Assembly (NCBI GenBank): GCA_963836235.1
Contig: CAWIIP010000001.1
Location: forward strand, 352,001-416,000
Reading direction: 5' to 3'
From: an uncultured Pseudomonadota bacterium
GTDB taxonomy: Bacteria; Oederibacteriota; Muellerivitia; Muellerivitales; Muellerivitaceae
Length of the DNA: 64,000 nt
Shown: piece by piece, positions 47,230 to 55,816 of the stretch
Numbering within the stretch: position 1 is the stretch's first letter
Layout: each line of letters starts with the position of its first letter
Program-made: the position numbers and the translations under genes
The notes under the pieces: model-generated
What the model was told of the DNA's origin: nothing
The model's database searches: none
The model's input: the letters and a program-made list of their open reading frames with translations, nothing else

Positions 47230-47373
47230 TTAAGCGTGAAAATCCGTTACGCTTCCCACGAAGTGTAACGGCCAAAAACCGGGTAGTACAAGCCCATCAT
47301 CCCGCAAAAGCTTTGGGAGAAAACTCAGAAGGTGATGGGAAAACACTTCAAATTAAGATAATCAGTAGTACTG

Positions 47374-47405
47374 AGTGTTCCTTTTGGGTCCCCGTGGTGG
47401 ACAAC
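47374..47405 (+). repeat. 32-bp site, copy 11
   Basis: AGTGTTCCTTTTGGG-TC-CCCGTGGTGGACAAC. Confidence 0.8.
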
Positions 47406-47500
47406 CCCGGATTCGTTCAATTACCCGCCGCCAAAATCCATGGAATGTTCTCGAGAGCATTTTGGACCCGCGAGGCGCCCAAGCCCGGCTCCGTCAAACC

Positions 47501-49144
47501 CTATTGGGGTTTCCCTGTTTCCGGACCGCCCTTATCCCTTTTGTATTCCTTGAGCTTCCGGTAAAGCGTCGCCACACCCATTCTCAAGAGATCCGCCGCT
47601 TTTCTCCGGTTCCCGTCTGATCTTTCAAGGGCATCCAGGATGGAGTCTTTTTCCACATTCCATAAAGAACGGGGTTCTCCCGGGTCGGGGACAGGGGGCC
47701 TATCCATGAGCACCTCGGGGGGAAGATCGGTCACATCGACCCGGTGTGTCTTGGCCACCGCGACCGCCCGCTCCATGGCGTTGGCAAGTTCACGAACGTT
47801 ACCGGGCCAGTTGTACACGAGCAGACGGTCCACCGCCGGGACGGTCATGCCCTCCACGGCCCGTTTCATGTGGATAGCGGCCTCCGCCAAAAGGAGCCGT
47901 GCGAGCGGAAGGATGTCTTCCCGTCGTTTTCGGAGGGGAGGGACAGCCAACTCGACCACGTCCAGCCGGTAGAAAAGGTCCTCGCGGAACCTTTTTTCGG
48001 CAACCTCGACCCTCAGGTCCTTATTGGTAGCGCTTATGATGCGGACATTGATCGGACGGCTTTTGTTCTCCCCGACCCGCCTGACTTCCCTCTCCTGGAT
48101 GGCCCGAAGGAGCTTCACTTGCATGGGAAGGCTGATCTCACCGACTTCATCCAGCAAAAGCGTCCCGCCGTTGGCCGCCTCGAAGAGGCCCATCCGGTCC
48201 GTGGACGCCCCAGTGAAAGCCCCTTTGGCATGGCCGAAAAGTTCGCTCTCCAGGAGGGTGTCAGTGATGGCTCCGCAATTGACCGCGATAAAAGGGCCGT
48301 CCGAGTGAGCCGAATGGTCATGGACATAACGCGCCACCCTTTCCTTGCCCGTGCCGCTCTCGCCCGAAATGAGCACCGTGGAATCGATGGCCGCGATGGT
48401 CTTGGCCAATTCCATTAAATTGCGCATTTCGGGGCTCCGCGTCATGAGCTCCGAAGGGTCTTCCTCGATCTCCGCCAGTTTTTCCAGTTTGCGGGTCTTT
48501 TGGCGCAATTCATTTTCCGTTCGCTTCAACGTGCTGGCGACGTTCCGAAGGGTATCGTCGATCACCACCCGCTTATAAACCACCAGATCGTCCTGGACCT
48601 CATTGCCCCACTCTTCCTCGGCCTTGACGATCACATGGCAGGCCGCATCGCCCTTTCCCATGCACTTGTCCTCCAACGCGTACATTTCCTTGCCCTTGAC
48701 GAAACTCATATAACCGCTGATGAGCCCGCAAAGGTTCCAGCAAACGGGTTTATCCGACCGGCCCTTCAGGAGAAGATGCTGCTCGGCTTCGTAGGAAATG
48801 CGCCAAGTGCCTCCCTCAGGTCCAAAGCCTTCGGGGCTTTTAGGGTCCAGCATGAAAAGGCCTTGGAGGGCCAGGATACGGAATCCGGCCTTTTGCCAAT
48901 CCTCGTCGCTGTCCCATTTGAACTTGCTCTTGAGGGTTTCGGCCAAGCGCTTGCCGTGGATGTAGCCGTAATGACTGAGAATGCCCCGAGCCGTCCTCTC
49001 GCTGAAGGTATCGATGAGTTCTTTACGAAGCAATCCCTGGGACACAGCATCGAATATCAAGGCCCTTTGCCCGGCGAATTGGACCACTCCCCCACTGGGG
49101 TCTGTTTTCAAGAGTTTTGTTAAGGTCAGATCATCCACGCGCAT
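47501..49144 (-). CDS. Sigma54-dependent transcriptional activator with XylR-N/V4R sensor domain
   Basis: GESGTGKE, ESELFGHAKGAFTGA, V4R Cys residues (PVCW, KCMGKGDAAC), Fis-type HTH. Confidence 0.93.
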   Translation of the reverse strand: MRVDDLTLTKLLKTDPSGGVVQFAGQRALIFDAVSQGLLRKELIDTFSERTARGILSHYGYIHGKRLAETLKSKFKWDSDEDWQKAGFRILALQGLFMLDPKSPEGFGPEGGTWRISYEAEQHLLLKGRSDKPVCWNLCGLISGYMSFVKGKEMYALEDKCMGKGDAACHVIVKAEEEWGNEVQDDLVVYKRVVIDDTLRNVASTLKRTENELRQKTRKLEKLAEIEEDPSELMTRSPEMRNLMELAKTIAAIDSTVLISGESGTGKERVARYVHDHSAHSDGPFIAVNCGAITDTLLESELFGHAKGAFTGASTDRMGLFEAANGGTLLLDEVGEISLPMQVKLLRAIQEREVRRVGENKSRPINVRIISATNKDLRVEVAEKRFREDLFYRLDVVELAVPPLRKRREDILPLARLLLAEAAIHMKRAVEGMTVPAVDRLLVYNWPGNVRELANAMERAVAVAKTHRVDVTDLPPEVLMDRPPVPDPGEPRSLWNVEKDSILDALERSDGNRRKAADLLRMGVATLYRKLKEYKRDKGGPETGKPQ

Positions 49145-49322
49145 GTTCGTTCTCCTTTCAGGGAAAACGCAGGAAGCTTTCTTTACCATTACTTTACAGC
49201 TTGCGGAAAATCGCAATATGAGCGTGGTTAGGTTAAACGGTTTGTTTACAAAGGCTTTCCAGATCGGTCGCGGAATGCTTCTCCAGACCGGAAAAACCCT
49301 ATTTAATCCAACAGATTTTCCT

Positions 49323-49354
49323 TTTGTCCAATCAGGGTCCCCGTCATGGACAAG
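49323..49354 (+). repeat. 32-bp palindromic site, copy 12
   Basis: TTTGTCCAATCAGGG-TC-CCCGTCATGGACAAG. Confidence 0.85.
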
Positions 49355-49361
49355 TAACGAC

Positions 49362-49538
49362 TTAAGGTTTATAGACGAGCATCGCTTTGATATACATGGC
49401 GACGGCTCCCACGATCCAGCCCGCGAAAAATATAGCGACGGGCTTGGCTTGCTCTATACCGCCCTTGAGCCAAAATCCGCCGAGAACGATGGCCATAATG
49501 ATGGCCACAGCGATCCCCCAACTGACGAATGGATTCAT
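49362..49538 (-). CDS. 58-aa two-TM membrane protein, minimal cassette cargo
   Basis: GGAGG RBS, MNPFVSWGIAVAII...; fills the space between sites 12 and 13. Confidence 0.65.
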   Translation of the reverse strand: MNPFVSWGIAVAIIMAIVLGGFWLKGGIEQAKPVAIFFAGWIVGAVAMYIKAMLVYKP

Positions 49539-49556
49539 CTTGTAACCTCCAATTTT

Positions 49557-49588
49557 GTTGTCCAATGCGGCTCCCCGTCCTGGACAAG
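49557..49588 (+). repeat. 32-bp palindromic site, copy 13
   Basis: GTTGTCCAATGCGGC-TC-CCCGTCCTGGACAAG. Confidence 0.85.
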
Positions 49589-49672
49589 GTTATCATCTGG
49601 TTTAATGGTCATTCCAGTTCAATTTCACCTTCGTTGAAAACAACGGTTTTCTTCCGAAATGCCCCTCAAAAT

Positions 49673-49708
49673 AAAAAAACCCCGGGATTAAAACCCATCC
49701 CGGGGTTC
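49673..49708 (-). terminator. Intrinsic terminator
   Basis: Stem CCCCGGGAT / ATCCCGGGG with a T-run on the minus strand. Confidence 0.65.
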
Positions 49709-50109
49709 CGCTGGAAGAGGATTCTTTTTCTTAACACATCGGATTAAATCCCCTGGCACCTTCACGGTGCCCTATCAAGAATCTCTTCCAATTATTATCT
49801 TAAGCCTTTTGGTGGATTTGTTTATGAGCCAAGACATCCAGGCCTTTATATTTATTACGTTTTTTCGTAAAAGGCTTGTGTGTCGTTTCTGCCGGTTTTG
49901 AATTTTTTCGGCTGAAAGGGGATTTTTCACCTTCCAATGCCCATAACAACAGTTTTTCCAAAAAAGACCCGAACCTGCTAACCGCACGGTCAACCACGAT
50001 CTACCTCCCGTTAGTACCGGCTTGATCTTCAAGCCCGAAGACGTTACCGCAAGGGTTTGGGACAGCCCGATTCAGGCTGTGTAGGACAAAGCAAATTGTT
50101 TATTGAGGC

Positions 50110-50280
50110 TTATTTAGAGGCCCCGACTAATTCCTTCTCCGCTTCCACCCAATCACAGATCTCATCGTTGTTCGGGCAGCCACGGTTCTGCCAGTGGTAA
50201 TAAGCCGCCACTTCCAGTTTTTCTTGAGATACTTCTTTTTCTGACTTCACAACCGCATCCTTTTCTTTTGTCTTTGCCAT
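50110..50280 (-). CDS. DUF2934-like small protein
   Basis: LEVAAYYHWQNRG...DWVEAEKEL; AGGAG RBS. Confidence 0.8.
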   Translation of the reverse strand: MAKTKEKDAVVKSEKEVSQEKLEVAAYYHWQNRGCPNNDEICDWVEAEKELVGASK

Positions 50281-50333
50281 AAAAATTCTCCTTATTTTAT
50301 TTATTAAATTTACAAGAAATAGCGTGAAAGGTT

Positions 50334-50349
50334 TATGACCAATCTCACG
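50334..50349 (-). promoter_or_regulatory. Crp/Fnr-like box (class II position)
   Basis: TATGA-N6-TCACG, centred at about -41.5 relative to a -10 TAAATT at 50307-50312. Confidence 0.6.
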
Positions 50350-50362
50350 TTTCAATCTATTT

Positions 50363-51058
50363 TCAAACCTCATCTATTCGATCCACCAAGTCATTCACGT
50401 TCTTAACCGTGATTTGACCATGAACTGATCTTATCAACCCCACATCCTCAAGTCGGATACAGGCCCGAATGCAGGTTTCCACTGCTGTCCCAGCCATTTC
50501 CGCGATCTCCTTGCGGGTCAAAGGAATTACATTTCCGAATTCCCGCACCATTTCCACCAGGACATGCAAAATTCGTTTTTCTGCGCTTTCCTGTGAAAAG
50601 GTCTGCATATCCTTCGACCAGCGTAGGAGTTTAGAAATTTTAGAAAGGATATCCCGTGCCATTTGTGGGTATTTCCCAATAAGAGTCTGGAAAAATTGAA
50701 TAGGAAACGAAATCACCGTTGCATCGGTTTCGGCCAGGCAATGAAAGCCGTATTCACCTCCGCTAAATGCCGAAACCCCAAACATCCCATTAGCTCCCAC
50801 CATGCAAATGGTGTTGGATTGGCCTTCCGGTGAGTGGTGGATCTCCTTTACGTGGCCTTCCTTTACAAACCAGATGGATTCCGCCAGGTCATTTTCCAAA
50901 AAAATGGATTCCCTTTTCGCGTATTTTTTCTCAACCATGTTATGTTCGATTTCCCAAAATGCATCGGAAGGGATATTTTTGAAGAAGGACATCATCGAAA
51001 GAGGGCTCTTTTTTGTCCCATGAAAAGCAATCGGCCTGGTTTTCGTCATTGTCAGCAT
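50363..51058 (-). CDS. Crp/Fnr-family transcriptional regulator
   Basis: cNMP-like domain (WFVKEGHVK, GMFG); HTH LTRKEIAEMAGTAVETCIR. Confidence 0.9.
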   Translation of the reverse strand: MLTMTKTRPIAFHGTKKSPLSMMSFFKNIPSDAFWEIEHNMVEKKYAKRESIFLENDLAESIWFVKEGHVKEIHHSPEGQSNTICMVGANGMFGVSAFSGGEYGFHCLAETDATVISFPIQFFQTLIGKYPQMARDILSKISKLLRWSKDMQTFSQESAEKRILHVLVEMVREFGNVIPLTRKEIAEMAGTAVETCIRACIRLEDVGLIRSVHGQITVKNVNDLVDRIDEV

Positions 51059-51101
51059 GTCATCCACCTCTTTCCAGTTGTGATACTGATCCTTGTCATA
51101 G

Positions 51102-51117
51102 AGCAAGTGTTGCGCCA
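51102..51117 (-). promoter_or_regulatory. Sigma54 (-24/-12) promoter
   Basis: Minus strand TGGCGC-AACAC-TTGCT, upstream of the Crp gene start at 51058. Confidence 0.65.
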
Positions 51118-51312
51118 GTCAAGGAAGGTTAAAAAGAGGTGTTTTATGAACTTTAAAATCCATGAAGGGTAACACTATGGTCTGCCTGCTATGGCGGTAT
51201 AGCCATAGGGAAATGAAATATAGTCGGATGGGAAATTTAATTGATTATCAAAATGAGAGCTAAGTTACACACCCGCATACAAGGGTTATCCACAAAGGGA
51301 AGGTCAAATTCG

Positions 51313-51344
51313 TTTGTCCACTGCGGGTCCCCATCGTGGACAAT
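51313..51344 (+). repeat. 32-bp palindromic site, copy 14
   Basis: TTTGTCCACTGCGGG-TC-CCCATCGTGGACAAT; extra left arm GTTATCCACAAAGGG at 51285-51299. Confidence 0.88.
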
Positions 51345-51436
51345 GAATTTAACACTTTGATACTAAATTTTTAAACTCACGAACTAGTTCAGGGAGATTT
51401 CCAGGGTCAAGTTCGAAGCCGCCTGACACCTGGTGA

Positions 51437-52794
51437 GGTCGCGTCAAGTTTCAGGGTGTAAAAGTTACGGGCGCCTAAATCAAGCAGCCTGACTTTTGAC
51501 CTCCTTGCGACTGGTGTGGACTTTGATTCTGTTCCATCGTTCTTGTTGAGCCGTTGCCACTCCCCACAAAAGTTTCACCAAAGTTCTTTCGTTCGTCATT
51601 CCGCCTACCGGTTTGAACCTCCGTCTCAATTCTCGGTTAAACCGCTCGATCAAGTTTGTACTCCTGAGTAGCATCCAATCTTTGTGGTCCTGTTGAAAGA
51701 AGACAGTGTACTTCTCAAAGTCTTTTTCAGTCATTGCCACCGCCTTAGGGTAGGCTTTTCCCCATTTGGCTTTGAGTTCACCCAAAGCTATTAGCGCCCG
51801 GTTCTTGCCGTCGGCCCAATAAACTTTCGTGAAGTCTTGTAGAAATTCTTTTTGGTCCTTGGCCGCTACCCTCACGCGGACGTTTCTCATCTTGTGAATG
51901 ACACATAATTGGTGGGGAATCGACAGTTTTTCTTCCACCGCCGCCAGAATGCCTGCGTGGGCGTCCGATACCACCAGCTTCAAAACCTTTCGATCCAAGC
52001 CTCGTGAAAGCAGATCCTCCAACAAGGCACTCCAACTCTCTTTGCTCTCTGAGTCTCCCACCACAAAACCCAAGAAATGGCGGTGCATTGTTCCATCCAC
52101 CCCAATGGCCACCAAAAGGGCTTGGTTTTCATAGCTTCCCATGCATTTCAAGGAAACATACAAAGCGTCCAGGTACAGGTATTGAATTCCTTCCGCCAAG
52201 GGCCGTTTTTCCCACGCAACCACCATTGGCTCCAGGTCTTGTGTCCATTGGCTGACCTGATTGGCCGTATGTTTGGTCCCGAACACCCCATTTAATTCCT
52301 CGGCCACCGATCGGGTTGAGGCACCTTTGATCCAAAACCTTCTTCCCAAATGAGCCATCAAATTCCCGGTCCCTTCCCGCAAAGCCTCAAGGGTACGGGG
52401 AATAAATCCACCCTCCCTCAAGACGGGCTTGTTCAACTTCAAGCGCCCAAAAGGCCCCGGCAAAACCATTTTCCGAAACCCATTGCGGTAAACCCCTTCG
52501 GATGGACAAGCCGCGGAAGACCTGCGGCCCAAAAACTCGTCCCGTTCTTCCTTCAAACGGGTATTTAAAGCATCTTCCAGCAAACCATTAATCTCTTGTT
52601 CAACCCAAACCCGAAGATCCCCAGCGTCCAATACAGCCTGAACTTGGGCTTTCACCTTTTCCTTTACCAGCACCTTCAACGACTGTTGTATATTCTTCAT
52701 GGGCGTAACGACCTTTCACAAAAAGGGATATGGCGTCTTCAATCAACACCATGTTACGCCCGCTTCTGTTTACACCCTGGAATCATACGGAACC
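51437..52794 (-). mobile_element. IS256-family insertion sequence
   Basis: Imperfect IRs GGTCGCGTCAAGTTTCAGGGTGTAAA / GGTTCCGTATGATTCCAGGGTGTAAA; no matching TSD. Confidence 0.85.
51480..52700 (-). CDS. IS256-family transposase
   Basis: YRNG, YLYLDA, VVSDAHAG, QLCVIHKMRN, RSTNLIERFNRELRRR. Confidence 0.95.
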   Translation of the reverse strand: MKNIQQSLKVLVKEKVKAQVQAVLDAGDLRVWVEQEINGLLEDALNTRLKEERDEFLGRRSSAACPSEGVYRNGFRKMVLPGPFGRLKLNKPVLREGGFIPRTLEALREGTGNLMAHLGRRFWIKGASTRSVAEELNGVFGTKHTANQVSQWTQDLEPMVVAWEKRPLAEGIQYLYLDALYVSLKCMGSYENQALLVAIGVDGTMHRHFLGFVVGDSESKESWSALLEDLLSRGLDRKVLKLVVSDAHAGILAAVEEKLSIPHQLCVIHKMRNVRVRVAAKDQKEFLQDFTKVYWADGKNRALIALGELKAKWGKAYPKAVAMTEKDFEKYTVFFQQDHKDWMLLRSTNLIERFNRELRRRFKPVGGMTNERTLVKLLWGVATAQQERWNRIKVHTSRKEVKSQAA

Positions 52795-54281
52795 TGATTA
52801 TCATTAACTGAATCTGCCCTAGCTAAACTTGTCGGAGTTGGCGTTTTTTTCAAACAATTAGTTTTAACACAATTAATTGCGAATAGTTCGGAATCTCTCA
52901 AATCTTCTAAAATACACTTACCAAGGCCAAAAACGTCTTCTGTCAAGCATTTAAGAAATTGTGTTGCAAAAAACAATCCCGCTTTGGCTTCGCAAAATGT
53001 TACGCAATTAACAGTTGGTACTGGGGTGAAGGTTGAAATTATTGAAACGGTAAATGTCGCCGTAGCCGTTAAGGTAAAAGTTTCCGTTGCCGTCGGTGTA
53101 AAGGTAAAGGTTGGAGTTGGAGTAAATGTCGGTGTTGGTGTATCGGTAATAGTCGATGTGTCGGTAAAAGTCGGCGAAATGGTCGGAGTGTTGGTCGGCG
53201 GTGTCGCAGTTACAGTTGGTGTTGCTGGCGTGGCCGATAAAGGCCCACATAAATTGTAAGTACCACCGGTGAATCCAAATCCTGTGTCAATGTTGCACAC
53301 TATCCTTTTTGCGACAGGCATGTGCAGGTTCCTTTTTTCGGGCGGGATGAATTTGAAACCTAGTTTTCGATAAACCTCTTCCTCCGTTTTTCCGGCGACG
53401 TATTTCCCCGATTTGTCATATAACCCGTACTCGTTCAACTTGAGCCCCTTGCTGATGGCCATTTTTCGCAACGTTATGTTGTGTTGTTTATTCCCCGTGA
53501 AATAAATCATGGCCGCGCCGAAGGACTCCCCGCCGAACACCCGCAAATCCACCTGCAGGCCGTTATCCAGTATCACCTCCGACTTCTTGGGGCCGTGGAG
53601 GACGACCTTTCGCACGATAGGAAGGGTCGTAAAGGCTTCCATGACCGCTTCCGGCTGATCGGAGACTACTAGGAGGTCGATATCGCCGATGGTTTCCTCC
53701 TTGCGCCGCAGGGACCCTACCAATTCCACCCGTTCCACCTCCCCCATTCGCTTTAAGGCCAAAAGGATTTTATTGGCCGAGGGCAGGACTTCCTCCCTCG
53801 GGTGGCGGTCCTGGTGGGCTTTTTTAATCCCCAAGTTCGCGGCGATCTTCTCCTCGCTTTGGGGGCCAAAACCCCGGATGGCGGCCACCTTGTGTTCCAT
53901 GACGGCGGCCTTCAGGTCGGACGGGGAATGGATGCCATGGTGGTAGAGGCTCTCAGCTCGGTAGGGCCCCAAGCCCGGCACTTTCATGAGGGCCGTTATC
54001 CCCGTAGGCAGGGTTTTTTTCAGTTTTTCGAACTCGGGGATTTTGCCGGTCTCCAGGAATTCGACGATTTTCTTTCCCAACCCCTCGCCGATTCCGGGTA
54101 TTTCTTCCAGGCCCTTAAGCCCGCCTTTATTGTAAATTTTCCGGACGTCCTCCCCCAAAACCTGTAAAGAACGGGCGGCGGCGCGGTAGGCGCGCGGCTT
54201 CCACTCCACGTCCTCGATTTCCAGGATTCCGGCCATGTCATTGAAGATTTCGGCGATTTCACAGTTGGTGCTGGTTGTCAT
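52770..54281 (-). CDS. polX: Family X DNA polymerase core (no PHP domain), fused in frame through the 37-bp repeat to an unrelated Thr/Pro-rich fragment
   Basis: RAYRAAA, HhH motif IPGIGEG, GSLRR, GDIDLL, VDLR, YFTG, LNEYGL. Junction at 53292-53328; the tail is cut by IS256. Confidence 0.85.
   Translation of the reverse strand: MTTSTNCEIAEIFNDMAGILEIEDVEWKPRAYRAAARSLQVLGEDVRKIYNKGGLKGLEEIPGIGEGLGKKIVEFLETGKIPEFEKLKKTLPTGITALMKVPGLGPYRAESLYHHGIHSPSDLKAAVMEHKVAAIRGFGPQSEEKIAANLGIKKAHQDRHPREEVLPSANKILLALKRMGEVERVELVGSLRRKEETIGDIDLLVVSDQPEAVMEAFTTLPIVRKVVLHGPKKSEVILDNGLQVDLRVFGGESFGAAMIYFTGNKQHNITLRKMAISKGLKLNEYGLYDKSGKYVAGKTEEEVYRKLGFKFIPPEKRNLHMPVAKRIVCNIDTGFGFTGGTYNLCGPLSATPATPTVTATPPTNTPTISPTFTDTSTITDTPTPTFTPTPTFTFTPTATETFTLTATATFTVSIISTFTPVPTVNCVTFCEAKAGLFFATQFLKCLTEDVFGLGKCILEDLRDSELFAINCVKTNCLKKTPTPTSLARADSVNDNQVPYDSRV
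53292..53328 (+). repeat. 37-bp hairpin repeat, copy 2
   Basis: Identical to 28527-28563. Confidence 0.9.
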
Positions 54282-54285
54282 GGGA

Positions 54286-55035
54286 TTAAAACCGCGACGC
54301 CCAATAGCGTCCACGTTTCCTTTTTTGGTTTTCCGCAGAGGAAATGCCGCCAGGAACAAGATTTTCCAGTCCCAGTTTTGAATAATATTCCGTAATACCC
54401 AGTGGGGGGTTCCACCGAGGGTTGGCGGCTAGGATGTCGGTCCGGGTTGTTATGGTAGAGAGAGGGACAGTCTTGGAACGGGCATATGCCACAAATCTTC
54501 CGGAAGCTGTTTTCAGGCCGATTTCAATGAAGTAGCTTCCCGATGGTTCCTTAAATTCCAGGTAACTGTTCATTTGGCCTGATTCGACCTTGATCTCCTC
54601 CACCAATTCATCAATACCCCCGGGAACCATCCGAAGGACTCTCAAAACCATGTTGCTGTCCCAGTACTCCCCTCCCAGCTGTTTTTTCATGGTCTCCAAA
54701 CTTTCAGAGGCAACCTCCCAATAAACAAAAACGCAGTAAGGATCACGGACAAAAGCCACCACCCGGGTTTCCCCGTGCCGTTGAAAAGGCCTGAAGTAAA
54801 AATGCTTTGGAGGTATGGCGGCGAGACTTTCGGGCGCGCTCATGGATATCATTTCACGGCTTTGGCTACCCATTATGGTTTTGGCTTCGTTTTTCTTATG
54901 GATTGTCCGGTAATCCTTTTCATCCCCTTCTTTTGAGTGGACGGCGGGTGGCTTGCGGGGAACACGAATCCCTTGGGCATATTTGGCCTTAGTGGATGAA
55001 TTGGATGACTTCTTAGTTTTTTTATTTTTCTCCAT
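54286..55035 (-). CDS. DUF4912-like protein
   Basis: ETRVVAFVRDPYCVFVYWE...YFIEIG...ARSK. Confidence 0.75.
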   Translation of the reverse strand: MEKNKKTKKSSNSSTKAKYAQGIRVPRKPPAVHSKEGDEKDYRTIHKKNEAKTIMGSQSREMISMSAPESLAAIPPKHFYFRPFQRHGETRVVAFVRDPYCVFVYWEVASESLETMKKQLGGEYWDSNMVLRVLRMVPGGIDELVEEIKVESGQMNSYLEFKEPSGSYFIEIGLKTASGRFVAYARSKTVPLSTITTRTDILAANPRWNPPLGITEYYSKLGLENLVPGGISSAENQKRKRGRYWASRF

Positions 55036-55069
55036 AGAATCCGCCTCTTTTTGGTTTTCCCTTTTCCTA

Positions 55070-55765
55070 CTAAAAACCCTTCCATCTCACGACCTGTTCC
55101 ACGGGCCTGCGGGGGCTCAGGGATTCCCCAGGCCGACTTTTTTCCGTCCCGTAGCCCATGGCGATGCCGAAAACGATGGAGAGGTGCTTCGGAATTTCCA
55201 GCTCATCCCGGATGAGGCTGGGATAGGACACCAGCATTATGGCCGGGGCCGTGTCTACCCCCTTGGCCTTTGCGGCCAGCATGAGGCTTTGGGAATAAAG
55301 CCCAAGGTCGAACATGGACCAGAAACCCAGGGTTTTTTCCATGCAGAGGTAAAGCACCACCGGCGCGTTGAAAAACTCGAAATTATGGACCCGGTGCTCA
55401 AGGTCGTCCGTCGTGTCACCCGGGTGGATGCCGTATTTTATTTTGTGGAGGGCCATGATTTCCCGCCGGCGCTCCTCCAAATCGTGGGGCCAATGGTGGG
55501 TAAGAGGGAAATCCGGCCCCGGGGCTATATTCTTTTTGAAATTCCCCATGAAGGCCTCCCGCAATCGGTGCAAGGGCGCGCCCATCGCGACGAAAACCTC
55601 CCAAGGCTGGGTATTGGCCGTGGAAGGCGCCCGGTTGGCCGCCTCCAGGATGGATCGGACCGTCTCCCTGGAAAGGGGATCCGGCTTGAATTCCCGGCAG
55701 GTGTACCGGCTTTGAAGCGATTCCAGAACACCTAAGGTTGTTTCTTTTTTTAGGTTCACAGCCAT
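55070..55765 (-). CDS. Nitroreductase
   Basis: SRYTCREF, APSTANTQPW, FGIAMGY. Confidence 0.92.
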   Translation of the reverse strand: MAVNLKKETTLGVLESLQSRYTCREFKPDPLSRETVRSILEAANRAPSTANTQPWEVFVAMGAPLHRLREAFMGNFKKNIAPGPDFPLTHHWPHDLEERRREIMALHKIKYGIHPGDTTDDLEHRVHNFEFFNAPVVLYLCMEKTLGFWSMFDLGLYSQSLMLAAKAKGVDTAPAIMLVSYPSLIRDELEIPKHLSIVFGIAMGYGTEKSRPGESLSPRRPVEQVVRWKGF

Positions 55766-55816
55766 GGTTTTCCTCCTGAAAAATTAATTACAGCTATCGC
55801 TTTGCCCCGGGCGGCC

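Noticed and set aside
49775-50090. Short ORFs or a riboswitch downstream of the DUF2934 gene
   Set aside because: Hairpins and a 65-aa frame exist, but no recognisable riboswitch consensus or protein motif could be supported by eye.
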